64,000 bases of DNA from Gammaproteobacteria bacterium (GCA_965238175.1 CBDEGZ010000003.1:2368001-2432000), one strand, 5' to 3'. Shown: positions 52,566 through 63,597, counted from the first letter of the stretch. The notes: a model not told the origin generated them from the letters alone. Translations and numbers: made by a program.

Positions 52566-55500
52566 ATGAACTCCGAAATTAAACCATACACAAACAATCT
52601 ATCTCTAGAAGAAGTCATTCACCAACATACTTTAGGAAACCTGGAATCAGCCAGGATTGGTTACCAGTTGTTTATTGATCGTAACCAACAAGGTGCACTA
52701 CCTTATGTGAATCTTGCAGATATTTATATTCTTGAAAACAAAATAGAAGAAGCTTTAACGCTTACTAGAAAAGCGATCGAGATTGATCCGGAATTTCTTG
52801 ATGCCTATATAAAATTAGGCTATATCCTTGAATTATTAAAACAATCACAGATAAAACAACCCTATACTGAAGAAATTATTGATTGTTACAAAAAAACGAT
52901 TGAGCTTGATCCTGAAAATGCATCACCGCACTTTTTTTTAGGAAACATTTATAAAGGTCAAGGTAACATTGAAAAAGCAGAAAAACATTTTCAACAAGCA
53001 ACCAATATTAACCCTGACTTTTCTCACGCTCATTTAAACATAGCTATTCTATTCGTAAACCAACGACGATACGATTTAGCGGTCGACAGCTTCAGGAAAG
53101 CGTTTACTACAGATAAATTACTAAAAAGTGCCGTTTGTGCTTATTGGCATATACGCATGAGAATGTGTGATTGGTCTCAGTATTCAGAAATGTTGGGATC
53201 TATCAATAACGCAGTTGAAGAGGTCCAAAGTTTAAATGAAATACCTGATATTCTAAATACCATAACTCCTTTTACATTTTTAAATTTGTATGACAATCCA
53301 GAACTTCAGTTAAGCACATCCAAGCTCTATATACGTTCTGTTCAAAAAGCTCTTATAAAGGAAAACGAAGTAATAGAAGTTGAACACTCAATAAAACAAA
53401 ACATTATAACTAAGCTTGCATTTCTGTCAGCAGACTACCATAACCACGCAACCGCTTATCTAATAGCGGAACTTTTTGAATTATTTGATAAACAAAAGTT
53501 TGAGATACATGTTATTTCTTTTGATCCTGAGGGGCATGACTCGGCAATGCGTGAACGCATTGAAACAGCCAGCGATCATTTTCACGATGTTTGTTTAAAA
53601 AATGATAAAGAAATTGCACAGCTTATAGTTGATCAAAATATAGGTATCGCAATTGACCTAAAAGGATTTACCCAAAATAGTCGTCCTGCAATTTTAGCCT
53701 ATAAACCAGCACCTATTCAGGTCAACTATCTAGGTTACCCAAGTTCGATGGGAACAGATTTTATAGATTACATGATTGCAGATCCTTATGTGATCCCAGA
53801 ACAAGAACAAGTTTTTTATAGTGAAAAAATCGCGTACCTTCCAGATAGTTACCAGGTAAATGATCGACTTCGCCCAATACAAGCTAAAATTCCTTCACGT
53901 CTTGAATGCGGTTTGCCAGAAGAAGGATTTGTTTTTTGTAGCTTCAATAATAATTACAAAATCACTCCGGAAATATTTGATATTTGGATGGATCTTCTTA
54001 GAGAAATTCCCAATAGCATTTTGTGGTTACTAGAAGATAATGAATGGGCAAAAACTAATCTGCAGGCGGAGGCTAAATCAAGAGGGATTGATTCATCTCG
54101 TATAATATTTTCTAGTTTTCTCAGGTTAGATTATCACTTGGCTCGCGCTCAAAATGCAGACTTATTTTTAGATACTTTTCCCTGTAATGCACACACTACC
54201 GCCAGTGATGCACTATGGATAGGATTACCATTGATCACAAATAGTGGAAGAAGTTTTTCTTCGCGCGTCGCTGGGAGTTTGTTAACTGCTGCGGGCTTAC
54301 CCGAATTGATCACCACCAATCTTAATGATTACAAAACATTAGCATTTGAACTTGCCAACAATCCTGAAAAACTTAGCGAGATCAAATCCAAATTAATAAA
54401 CCAGCGTGAAACTTGTAAATTATTTGATACCGAACATTATAAAGATAACCTGCAAACAGCTTTTGAAGAAATGATCCGCTTGCGACAGAATCATTCAAGT
54501 AACGAGACATTTCATGTCTCTGAACTAGAAAATAAACCTGTACGAAAAATTACTCGATCAAATATAGTTTGTACACCCTACAATCTTGATGACACTTCAT
54601 CTTCACAAGAAATCACACTTCATGATGTGATCGAAAAACACCATAATGGTGATCTGGTTTATGCAAAAAAAGCCTATCAGGCATTTATTGATGCAAACCT
54701 GAATAATGTATTACCTTATTCCAATCTGGCCAGTATTTATTTTCAAGAGGGCAACGTAGAACAAGCCATTACTTTGTTGGAACAAGGATTGAAAATTAAT
54801 CCTATTTTTATTGATGGCTATATGAAGTTAGGTTCTTTACTAGAAATTAAAAAACAAGAAAACTACTTTGAAAGAGCATCCATCTGTTATAAGAAAGTAA
54901 TAGAGCTGGAACCTGACCATGCATTAGCACATTTCTCTCTTGGCAATATTTTAGCTGATAAAAACCAAAATGAAGGTGCAATATCGCATTTACAAAAAAC
55001 GATTGAGATCAACCCGAAATTTTCTCTCGCCAGCTTTAATTTAGGCATTATATATCTAAGTAAACAAGATCTGCTTAAAGCTGAAAAATATTTTATACAG
55101 GCATATCAGGTTGATCCATCAATGAAAAATGCGCTGGGAAAATGGTTTCATACACGCATGCATATGTGTGACTGGTCTGATTATAAGGAGATGTGTTCAT
55201 CCCTACAATTGGATAAAAATGGTTTAGGTAAAAGCATCTCAAATCAATCGTCAAATATTAGTAAAGTGTTTTCGCCTTTCTCATTGATTAATGTTCTTGA
55301 TGATCCACACATGCAATTAGAAATATCAAAAGAATATCTGGATATGAAAATAACAGATGTAGATACTTCAATAATTCTATATAAGGAACAAGAGTCTAAA
55401 AATAGAGGAGAGAATGATCTAATTAAAATTGCTTTTCTTTCATCTGATTTTCATGATCATGCAACCTCTTATTTGATGGTCGAAACTTTTGAATTATTTT

Positions 55501-58500
55501 CCAAAAAACAGTTTGAAACTCACGTCATCTCATTTGGAAAAGAAGATCACTCAAAAGTAAGAAAACGAATCAAATCATCATGCGATTATTTTTATGATGT
55601 CCAACAGAAAACAGATCTTGAAATAGCGAATCTAATAGTTGAAAAAAATATTGATATTGCCATTGATCTTAAAGGCTACACACAAGGTTGTCGCCCAGCA
55701 ATTTTAGCTTATCGTCCAGCACCTCTTCAGATAAATTATCTTGGTTACCCTGGCAGTATGAACGCTGATTTTATTGATTACATTATTGCAGATCCATTTA
55801 TTATTCCTAAGGAATTGCAATCAAACTACTCTGAAAAAATCATGTACATGCCTGATAGCTACCAGGTAAATGATCGTCGTCGTCCAGTACATGAAAAAAG
55901 ACCTTCACGTGAATCTTGTGGATTACCAACGGATGGTTTCGTATTTGCGTGCTTTAACAATAGCTACAAGATCACACCCGATGTTTTTCAGGTCTGGCTT
56001 GAGTTATTAAATGAAACACCTGGCAGCGTTCTATGGCTAATGGAAAGCAATAAGTGGGCAAAACATAATCTACTAAAACAAATAGAATCTCATGGCATCA
56101 ATCCAGCTAGATTGATTTTTGCTGAACAATTACCACTTGATTTTCATTTAGCCAGAATCCAAAACGCGGATCTTTTTCTTGATACTTTCCCATGTAATGC
56201 ACATACCACTGCTAGTGATGCACTTTGGGTAGGACTTCCACTAATAACATGCATTGGCAAAGGATTTGCATCACGAGTTGCAGGTAGTTTATTAAAGGCC
56301 GTAGATATTGAAAAATTAATCACTAGTGATCTTACTAGCTATAAAGCGGTAGCACTCGATCTTGCTCACCATCCTGAGAAACTTTATCAAATAAGATCAA
56401 AATTAATAAACAATAGATACACCTGTGCTTTATTCGATACAAAGCGGTTTCAAAATAATTTTCAGACAGGGCTCACACATATGGTTGATATAAATAAAAG
56501 AAGATCACAAACTGAAACATTTTATGTTTCTGATCTCTCTGACAAGCTAATCGATAACATGTTGACTGATCTTGCTGCTGAGAGTCCTCAAGTAGAAGAA
56601 AATAATACACCACCTATAAATATCGCACTGATTTTTCCCGAAAATTATCCACATTCTGATATTTTCAATGAAGTCGCAGAAACCCTTCTTTATGCATTTG
56701 ATAAAGTTGGTTTTAATACCTCTATCACAAAAAACACCTTCTTTAACGACGGAATAAATATCATTATTGGTGCAAATTTACTAAAAGAATCAGATATACA
56801 TCTGATTCCTGAGACCAGTATTATCTATAATTTTGAACAAATTACTGACAGCTCAGATTGGATGACTCCTACGCTTTATGAACTATTTCAACGTTTTCAA
56901 GTTTGGGATTATAGTCAAAAAAATATCGCCACACTTAAAGAAAAAGGATTTACCCGAGTTGGCCACATGCCTGTTGGATATGCTCCAAGTCTGACTCGTA
57001 TACCCAAAGCCACAGTACAAGATATTGATGTACTCTTTTATGGTTCAACAAATGAAAGACGATTAACCATTTTAAATCAATTAAAAACGGCGGGATTACG
57101 AATAGAAACACTTTATGGTGTTTATGGCTCAGAACGTGATGAATATATTTCACGCTCAAAATTAATTGTAAACATCCACTATTACGATAGTAATATATTT
57201 GAACAAGTACGTATCTCATATCTGTTGGCAAATAAGAAAGCCGTTGTCAGTGAATGCAGTGAAACAACCGATATTGATGATGATCTTAAAGATGCCGTTG
57301 CATTCGTGCCTTACGATAAAATCGTTGAAAAATGTATCGAACTAATCAATTCAGATCAAACTCGACTCGTTTTAGAAGAAAAAGGATTTGAACATTTTAA
57401 ATCCAGAGATCCTATTGAATATCTGCAAAATGCACTCCATGAGTTCAATCAAGAACCGTCCGAGCACGAACTTCTTAAAGAGGATCACTCCGAAATTACT
57501 GAGGATCATTCCGAAATTATTGAGGATCACTCCGAAATTACTGAGGATCATTCCGAAATTATTGAAGAACATTTGGAAAGAACAAACTTACCTTTTATTT
57601 CGATTCTAATCCCTACATACAATCATTCAAAATACATAGAAGCAGCTATCTTAAGTGCTCTGAAGCAGGAATACCCAAACTTTGAAGTAATCGTAGTAGA
57701 TGATGGATCTACAGATAACACTAAAAGTATTGTCGAAAGTATTGATGATGCAAGATTAAGATTGATTGTCAAAGAACATTCAGGAACACCTGCTACAAGA
57801 AATCGTTGTATCAGTGAAGCACAGGGAGATTATTTTCTGTGGCTGGACAGTGTTGATGAATTGATACCGAATGTTTTAATCAACTATGCAAATATACTTC
57901 AGGAAAATCCTGAAATGGATATTGTCTATGGTGATCTTGAAATACTTAATGAATCTGATGGGGAGAGTCAAATTCATTCTTATCCTGATCATCAAAACGA
58001 TCAACACCTTCTGCCCCACTTACTCAATAAATGTAACATGCCTAATAGTGGTTCATTAGTAAAAAGATCCATCCACAATCGCTATGGTGGATACGATGAT
58101 AATTTTCAGAATGCACATAATTATGATTTTTGGTGTCGTGTAGCGAAGCTTTCAAATTTCAAACACAGTGGCATGACTGCATATCGTTCCCAAATAGATG
58201 ACCCAAGCACGTCATCCGTGAAAACAAAACATGACTATTCATTCGAAGCTGCCATTGTCAAAAAGACATGTAACCGTTTAGGTATTCGTGAATTATCTCC
58301 AGAGTTAGATTGGTCAAATGAAAATCAGGCTTATACCAAAGCATGGCTGAAAATTGGAACAATTCTACAACGTCTCCAAGACTACGAAAATGCACTCGTC
58401 GCTTTTGAACAAGCTCTAAAAACCACACACAATAATGAAGAGCTTCGACTCGAAGTGAAAAATGCGGTTCAGAATCTAATTACCGTCGCTAAGAATACTG

Positions 58501-59945
58501 TTACGGATAATAGTCAAAAATCTCAAACAGAAGAATATATTCTCCCACTGGAAATCAATAAAAAAAGTCTTGGAATAGATCCTCTCGTTTCAGTTATTGT
58601 GTATAACATAACTGATAGTGATCGGATCACCAGTGCATTACAGTCACTCATAGAACAAACTTATACCAATTGGCAAGCAATTGTTGTTAACGACAATGAT
58701 GCTGAACAACATTCAACGATGGATCCGTTTGAAAGAATTCTATTTATTGAGACACCAAATGAATTAAATATTGCGGAAACATTAAACACTGCTTTACCTT
58801 TTACCGAAGGTTCTATTATTTGTTATCTTGATGGTGGAAAATTTAAAGCCGAACATTTTGAGACATTAGTTAGTGAACTTAAAAATGGAGATGTAGAATT
58901 TGTATACAGCAAAACAACCTCACCAGATCAAAATAATACTAGTTCCCAGACCTCCGACTGCGATTCTTTATCAAAGATAATTTATTCTAAAGATCTTCTT
59001 GATGTCACTAACTTCATTCCAATAAGTACCTGGGGTCACCGACGTGATCTATTAGAAAAGTCTGGCCTTTTCGATGGTGATCTGAATGCGTTAGAAGATT
59101 GGGAAATGTTATTAAGGTTCTCTCGATTAACCAATATTAAACAACTATCAAAATCTACTGTTGTTGTTATTGATCAAGAATCGGAGACTGAAGAAAATAA
59201 TGACACTAATAGCAATCTATATAAGCAGTTATATAAACGCTACCCTATTGATAATAATGACGTCGAAAATGATAAGACTGAATTATTAGAATCATTGACT
59301 CCTATTAAGACTCCTGAAGTAGTAGAAGCAGAAGTTGAACAACCCGATCCAATCAATATTCCGAATAAAATTAATATCGGTAGTGGTAAAGATTTCAAAC
59401 AAGATTGTTTAAATATAGATATATCTGAAAATAGCAACCCCGACATTGTTGCTGATCTTAGTGATCAAAATCTGATCGGCCGTGTTATAAAAAGCAAACG
59501 CTTTGAAGATATTTCTTTTGATAAAAATAAATTTGATGAGATCATAGCGAATGATGTTTTGGAGCATATACCTGATCTCGTTTCTGCAATGACGAATTGT
59601 TTAGATTTATTGAAAATCGGTGGTCAATTCAATATCAATGTCCCTTACGATCTTTCATATGGTGCATGGCAAGACCCCACCCATGTTCGTGCCTTTAATG
59701 AACGCAGTTGGCTTTACTACACAGACTGGTATTGGTATCTCGGTTGGAAAGAGTCTCGTTTCGATATGACAAAGTTAGATTTCACTCTAAGTCCTACTGG
59801 TATAAAAATGCAACAAGATGGGAAAACAACTGAGCAGATTCTTACTCAGCCTAGAGCGGTAGATAGTATGTCCATCGTACTAACAAAAAGGTTACTTACC
59901 GAGAAAGAAAAAACTAATGGTCAACATAGAATGAAAGGAGTTTGA
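52566..59945 (+). CDS. Giant multidomain protein: TPR-GT41, TPR-GT41, GT-B-like, GT2, TPR, degenerate GT2, SAM methyltransferase; likely flagellin glycosylation
   Basis: Two copies of S.D.H.HAT, APIQ/LQ.NYLGYP, FNN.YKITP, ADLFLDTFPCNAHTTASDALW; DIDVLFYGS..ERR; SILIPTYN..VVDDGSTD; NIGSG, DVLEH, GAWQDPTHVRAF. Confidence 0.9.
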   Translation: MNSEIKPYTNNLSLEEVIHQHTLGNLESARIGYQLFIDRNQQGALPYVNLADIYILENKIEEALTLTRKAIEIDPEFLDAYIKLGYILELLKQSQIKQPYTEEIIDCYKKTIELDPENASPHFFLGNIYKGQGNIEKAEKHFQQATNINPDFSHAHLNIAILFVNQRRYDLAVDSFRKAFTTDKLLKSAVCAYWHIRMRMCDWSQYSEMLGSINNAVEEVQSLNEIPDILNTITPFTFLNLYDNPELQLSTSKLYIRSVQKALIKENEVIEVEHSIKQNIITKLAFLSADYHNHATAYLIAELFELFDKQKFEIHVISFDPEGHDSAMRERIETASDHFHDVCLKNDKEIAQLIVDQNIGIAIDLKGFTQNSRPAILAYKPAPIQVNYLGYPSSMGTDFIDYMIADPYVIPEQEQVFYSEKIAYLPDSYQVNDRLRPIQAKIPSRLECGLPEEGFVFCSFNNNYKITPEIFDIWMDLLREIPNSILWLLEDNEWAKTNLQAEAKSRGIDSSRIIFSSFLRLDYHLARAQNADLFLDTFPCNAHTTASDALWIGLPLITNSGRSFSSRVAGSLLTAAGLPELITTNLNDYKTLAFELANNPEKLSEIKSKLINQRETCKLFDTEHYKDNLQTAFEEMIRLRQNHSSNETFHVSELENKPVRKITRSNIVCTPYNLDDTSSSQEITLHDVIEKHHNGDLVYAKKAYQAFIDANLNNVLPYSNLASIYFQEGNVEQAITLLEQGLKINPIFIDGYMKLGSLLEIKKQENYFERASICYKKVIELEPDHALAHFSLGNILADKNQNEGAISHLQKTIEINPKFSLASFNLGIIYLSKQDLLKAEKYFIQAYQVDPSMKNALGKWFHTRMHMCDWSDYKEMCSSLQLDKNGLGKSISNQSSNISKVFSPFSLINVLDDPHMQLEISKEYLDMKITDVDTSIILYKEQESKNRGENDLIKIAFLSSDFHDHATSYLMVETFELFSKKQFETHVISFGKEDHSKVRKRIKSSCDYFYDVQQKTDLEIANLIVEKNIDIAIDLKGYTQGCRPAILAYRPAPLQINYLGYPGSMNADFIDYIIADPFIIPKELQSNYSEKIMYMPDSYQVNDRRRPVHEKRPSRESCGLPTDGFVFACFNNSYKITPDVFQVWLELLNETPGSVLWLMESNKWAKHNLLKQIESHGINPARLIFAEQLPLDFHLARIQNADLFLDTFPCNAHTTASDALWVGLPLITCIGKGFASRVAGSLLKAVDIEKLITSDLTSYKAVALDLAHHPEKLYQIRSKLINNRYTCALFDTKRFQNNFQTGLTHMVDINKRRSQTETFYVSDLSDKLIDNMLTDLAAESPQVEENNTPPINIALIFPENYPHSDIFNEVAETLLYAFDKVGFNTSITKNTFFNDGINIIIGANLLKESDIHLIPETSIIYNFEQITDSSDWMTPTLYELFQRFQVWDYSQKNIATLKEKGFTRVGHMPVGYAPSLTRIPKATVQDIDVLFYGSTNERRLTILNQLKTAGLRIETLYGVYGSERDEYISRSKLIVNIHYYDSNIFEQVRISYLLANKKAVVSECSETTDIDDDLKDAVAFVPYDKIVEKCIELINSDQTRLVLEEKGFEHFKSRDPIEYLQNALHEFNQEPSEHELLKEDHSEITEDHSEIIEDHSEITEDHSEIIEEHLERTNLPFISILIPTYNHSKYIEAAILSALKQEYPNFEVIVVDDGSTDNTKSIVESIDDARLRLIVKEHSGTPATRNRCISEAQGDYFLWLDSVDELIPNVLINYANILQENPEMDIVYGDLEILNESDGESQIHSYPDHQNDQHLLPHLLNKCNMPNSGSLVKRSIHNRYGGYDDNFQNAHNYDFWCRVAKLSNFKHSGMTAYRSQIDDPSTSSVKTKHDYSFEAAIVKKTCNRLGIRELSPELDWSNENQAYTKAWLKIGTILQRLQDYENALVAFEQALKTTHNNEELRLEVKNAVQNLITVAKNTVTDNSQKSQTEEYILPLEINKKSLGIDPLVSVIVYNITDSDRITSALQSLIEQTYTNWQAIVVNDNDAEQHSTMDPFERILFIETPNELNIAETLNTALPFTEGSIICYLDGGKFKAEHFETLVSELKNGDVEFVYSKTTSPDQNNTSSQTSDCDSLSKIIYSKDLLDVTNFIPISTWGHRRDLLEKSGLFDGDLNALEDWEMLLRFSRLTNIKQLSKSTVVVIDQESETEENNDTNSNLYKQLYKRYPIDNNDVENDKTELLESLTPIKTPEVVEAEVEQPDPINIPNKINIGSGKDFKQDCLNIDISENSNPDIVADLSDQNLIGRVIKSKRFEDISFDKNKFDEIIANDVLEHIPDLVSAMTNCLDLLKIGGQFNINVPYDLSYGAWQDPTHVRAFNERSWLYYTDWYWYLGWKESRFDMTKLDFTLSPTGIKMQQDGKTTEQILTQPRAVDSMSIVLTKRLLTEKEKTNGQHRMKGV
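57480..57563 (+). repeat. In-frame tandem repeat, 4 x 21 bp (= 2 x 42 bp perfect), encoding EDHSEIT/EDHSEII
   Basis: GAGGATCACTCCGAAATTACT and GAGGATCATTCCGAAATTATT alternate ABAB. Confidence 0.95.
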
Positions 59946-59947
59946 TA

Positions 59948-60748
59948 ATGTCTGGTTTAGCTATACAAGAAAATCACGAAACACTTTCAACCATACCAAA
60001 TCAAGAAATGCGAGACCACTATCTGGATCTTATGCACCGCTGTCTTTTGAATATGATTTATGGTGACCCAAGCCAAGACCCTTGGTCAAGTGGAAAATAC
60101 AACGAAGAGTTGAGGATCAGTGGTCGCGATTGGCCCTCAATAGCACATACCATGATTGGGCATTATAGAATGTTAAATATTCGTTTAGTTATGGAACATG
60201 TATTAGAAAACAACATCCCAGGAGATTTTATAGAAACAGGTGTCTGGCGAGGCGGAGCTTGTATTTATGCTCGTGCAATCATAAAAGCTTTTGGAGATAA
60301 AAAACGAAAAGTTTGGGTTGCTGATAGCTTTGAAGGACTACCAAAACCTGATGAAAAAAAATATCCTGCTGACAAAGGTGATGAACATTACACATACGAT
60401 CAACTTAGTATAACAATAGAGGATGTTAAAAATAATTTTTTGGCTTACGATCTTCTAGATAATCAGGTGAAATTTTTAAAAGGATGGTTTAAAGATACTT
60501 TACCAACAGCTCCCATCGATAAAATTGCTGTATTACGGCTTGATGGTGATATGTATGAATCTACTATGGATGGTCTCAACAATCTTTATCACAAAGTATC
60601 CCCTGATGGTTTTGTAATTGTGGATGATTATGGTGCTGTCGCAGCCTGCGCACAAGCAGTAACCGATTTTCGCAACGAGAATGAAGTTATTGATCCAATA
60701 AAGAATATCGACGGTATAGGTGTCTACTGGCAAAAATCACTGAAATGA
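59948..60748 (+). CDS. TylF/MycF/NovP-family sugar O-methyltransferase
   Basis: GRDWPS.AHTMIG..R, GDFIETGVWRGG, ADSFEGLP, KGWFKDTLP, LRLDGDMYEST; ATG at 59948 after AAGGAG. Confidence 0.93.
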   Translation: MSGLAIQENHETLSTIPNQEMRDHYLDLMHRCLLNMIYGDPSQDPWSSGKYNEELRISGRDWPSIAHTMIGHYRMLNIRLVMEHVLENNIPGDFIETGVWRGGACIYARAIIKAFGDKKRKVWVADSFEGLPKPDEKKYPADKGDEHYTYDQLSITIEDVKNNFLAYDLLDNQVKFLKGWFKDTLPTAPIDKIAVLRLDGDMYESTMDGLNNLYHKVSPDGFVIVDDYGAVAACAQAVTDFRNENEVIDPIKNIDGIGVYWQKSLK

Positions 60749-60993
60749 ATGTCCGTAGATAATCTTACAAGTGATATTAAATGCAATTAGTTAAGCATGA
60801 TAATCTTGAGGACAAGCATTCTCATTTTTCGCACGTTTTCTTTTAGATCAATTTTGCCCACAAAAAAGGCTTTCCATATTACTAGAATATTCATTCAAAA
60901 CCGCTTCAAATAATTTTCGTATTAATGCAAGTTTACTTTCTTAAAAAGATATAACGGCTTGCTGAAAATGATATCCATTTGTTAAATTAATTA

Positions 60994-61899
60994 TTAAATA
61001 AAGTTAAATAAACTTAACTCTTGAACCTTAACAAAAGTTTGTTGTGCAGCTTGTAAACTAATTTGTAATTGTTGCAATTTCAGTGCTGTTTCAGTTAAGT
61101 CAACATCATTTATTTCTGATCGTTGATCTTTCAGTAACTTGGTCACTTGTGTATTTATTTCTTGCTCATTTTCGATCAATCCGATCCGACTGACGATACT
61201 ATTTCTAACCGTGGTCAATTTATCCCTGGCAATGGCAAGATCAGTCGTTGCCGTATTAGTCGCAGTCTCAATTACTGCAGATGTTGATAATGGATCTTCT
61301 AACACAGCAACTAAATCTTCGACTATTCTAAATAATGAAAGCCCGCCATTAATGTTTTCAAAGACCTCTTCACCAGAGTTTCCATCAGCGACACGCCGAC
61401 CATCCGCAATTTGAATGCTTCTTTGACCCGCATCACCGTTGTAGACAATATTCGCACCTGAGTCATCAAAAGGTTCGGTATTTACATCATGCCCAGCATA
61501 TAAATAATCACCATTTGCATCTCTTGTATTAGCAAGATCTGTAATTACAGAAAGTTCATTACGTAGTTGCACTGCAAGCTGTGCGCTGCTAGTCGCATCT
61601 TTCGCTAAGGAACCGAATACCAATCCATTTAGTCGTTCAACTGCTGTTGCTACACCATCCAATGCCGTCTCGGATTGCCTAAGGCGGTTTGATGCAAAAT
61701 CACCATTCGTTTTGAACTGATCATTACGATCAATTGCTCGATCAATATTAACCAGACGTGTTGCACCAGCCGGGTTATCTGAAGGTGACAAAATTTTTGA
61801 TCCTGTACCCAATTGCTGCTGTAGTTTGGCTAGATCAGCATTTTGTTTACTAAGACCTGCCAGGTTAGTGGCATAAAGTTGGGAAGTAGAAACTCTCAT
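60994..61899 (-). CDS. flgL: Flagellar hook-associated protein FlgL
   Basis: MRVSTSQ, PSDNP, ANTRDANGDYLYAG, YNGD.GQR, LQAAQQTF.K...LSLFNFI. Confidence 0.96.
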   Translation of the reverse strand: MRVSTSQLYATNLAGLSKQNADLAKLQQQLGTGSKILSPSDNPAGATRLVNIDRAIDRNDQFKTNGDFASNRLRQSETALDGVATAVERLNGLVFGSLAKDATSSAQLAVQLRNELSVITDLANTRDANGDYLYAGHDVNTEPFDDSGANIVYNGDAGQRSIQIADGRRVADGNSGEEVFENINGGLSLFRIVEDLVAVLEDPLSTSAVIETATNTATTDLAIARDKLTTVRNSIVSRIGLIENEQEINTQVTKLLKDQRSEINDVDLTETALKLQQLQISLQAAQQTFVKVQELSLFNFI

Positions 61900-61930
61900 A
61901 ATCTATACTCCTTATAAATTATTTATTCGT

Positions 61931-63568
61931 TTATCGTACGGCCTGTAACAAGGTGCCGAACAGCTCATTACCTACGGATATAACTTGAGCGGCTGCTTGA
62001 TAAGCCTGTTGAAATTTAAGCAGGTCAGCCGCCTCTTCATCGAGGTTAACACCTGAAACATTATCACGCGCTTCGATGGCACTTTGCTCCACAGCCTGCG
62101 TAGCTTCAAGACTAGTCTTTGCTTGACGACTCTTCGTTCCTATATCACTAATCAACAAACTATAAGCATCATTAAAAGTTGAATTGCCACCATCCAAAGT
62201 CTTGTCCAATTGTAAACCTGCCAATGCCAGCGCGTTGGTATTATCGCCAACCCCCGTGAATGGATTAGCTGCTGCTGCGATCTCCTGCGGATCGGTAATC
62301 GATACACCGAACTGACCAGCTATCGCTCGCGTCGGCTGGATCAAAAAACTATCCGTTGCTGCCGCACCAGTGGTGACAGTTATCGACAAACCGTCAACAG
62401 ATAACGTTGGCCCTGCCCCAAGGTTTGTTTGAGTATTATCTGAAAGTCGGGTTGAAAAATAATTTGTACCATCAAATGTAATTCGATAATCAGATGTAGT
62501 TAATTGATCCACTTGCGCAGGGTTAAATGCAACTGTCAACGCACCTGTCACTGTTCCTTCACCCTGTGCGACCGGAGCAGGTGTGATTGAAAATAAATCT
62601 CCACCTACCACACCATTTAAATCTGTTCCTGCTGCCTGTTGAGCATTAAATCTCAATGCAATTCCTGCAGCCAGGCGACCGAGTGAATTACGAGTCTTAT
62701 CTAAAACGTCCGTCCGTACATTTAAAAGACCACCAAGTTCACCCGTTTTAATAGTGTCAGTTATCACAACGTTACTACCACCAACAGCATAAGTGACATC
62801 CAGCTTTGAAGGATTTAAAGGATCTGCTTGAGTGGATAATTGGCTACTATTTGATCCATTTACCAAAACCTGACCACCCTTGGTCGTAATGTTTAGACCG
62901 CCACTCGTTTGCCTGTTGGTGTTGATGCCAATCAAACTCGACAGTTCTGTCACCGCTTTATCTAATTGATCATTTAAACTATTTGATCCACGACTACCAG
63001 AAATGCCATTAACACGCGCAAGACTATTGTTGATCTCCGCAATATTTGAGGTCAATGAATTTATTTGACTAACCTTCGCTTGTAACTCTTGATCAATCCC
63101 TTCATCAAATTGATCGATGATTGCATTTAGAGAATTAAACTTTGCCGATAGAGATTCCGCACTCCCGAGCAGCGCCTGTCGAGTTGGCAGAGAAGATGGA
63201 TCATTAGCAAGCGCATTTACGGAATTAAAAAAATCTTGCAAGGAAGGCGATAAACCCGTAGATTCATTAGCAAGTATCTTATCGACTTGTGAAGAATAGG
63301 TGTTATAACTCGCAACAGTACCAACGTTAGTCGTACTCGTCTGAACATTACTATTCAGAAATTCATTCACTACGCGTGAAACTTGATCTATATTAACACC
63401 TCTACCGAGAGTCAAACCGCCAATCGTTTGATCCTGCCTTGCTGATAGATCAACTCTTTGACGAGAATAACCTGGAGTATTGACGTTGGTTATATTATTC
63501 CCAGTTGTAGACAATGCTTGCTGTGCAGCCCGTAAACCTGACACTCCAATACCTAATATATCACCCAT
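61931..63568 (-). CDS. flgK: Flagellar hook-associated protein FlgK
   Basis: SGL.AAQ..L.TTGNNI.NVNTPGYSRQ; SGVNLDEEAA.L..FQQAYQAAA. Confidence 0.97.
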   Translation of the reverse strand: MGDILGIGVSGLRAAQQALSTTGNNITNVNTPGYSRQRVDLSARQDQTIGGLTLGRGVNIDQVSRVVNEFLNSNVQTSTTNVGTVASYNTYSSQVDKILANESTGLSPSLQDFFNSVNALANDPSSLPTRQALLGSAESLSAKFNSLNAIIDQFDEGIDQELQAKVSQINSLTSNIAEINNSLARVNGISGSRGSNSLNDQLDKAVTELSSLIGINTNRQTSGGLNITTKGGQVLVNGSNSSQLSTQADPLNPSKLDVTYAVGGSNVVITDTIKTGELGGLLNVRTDVLDKTRNSLGRLAAGIALRFNAQQAAGTDLNGVVGGDLFSITPAPVAQGEGTVTGALTVAFNPAQVDQLTTSDYRITFDGTNYFSTRLSDNTQTNLGAGPTLSVDGLSITVTTGAAATDSFLIQPTRAIAGQFGVSITDPQEIAAAANPFTGVGDNTNALALAGLQLDKTLDGGNSTFNDAYSLLISDIGTKSRQAKTSLEATQAVEQSAIEARDNVSGVNLDEEAADLLKFQQAYQAAAQVISVGNELFGTLLQAVR

Positions 63569-63597
63569 TTTAAGCCTCCTGTGCTCTTACTCATCAA

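Noticed and set aside
57480-57563. CRISPR array
   Set aside because: Contiguous units without spacers, in frame within a CDS; no cas genes.
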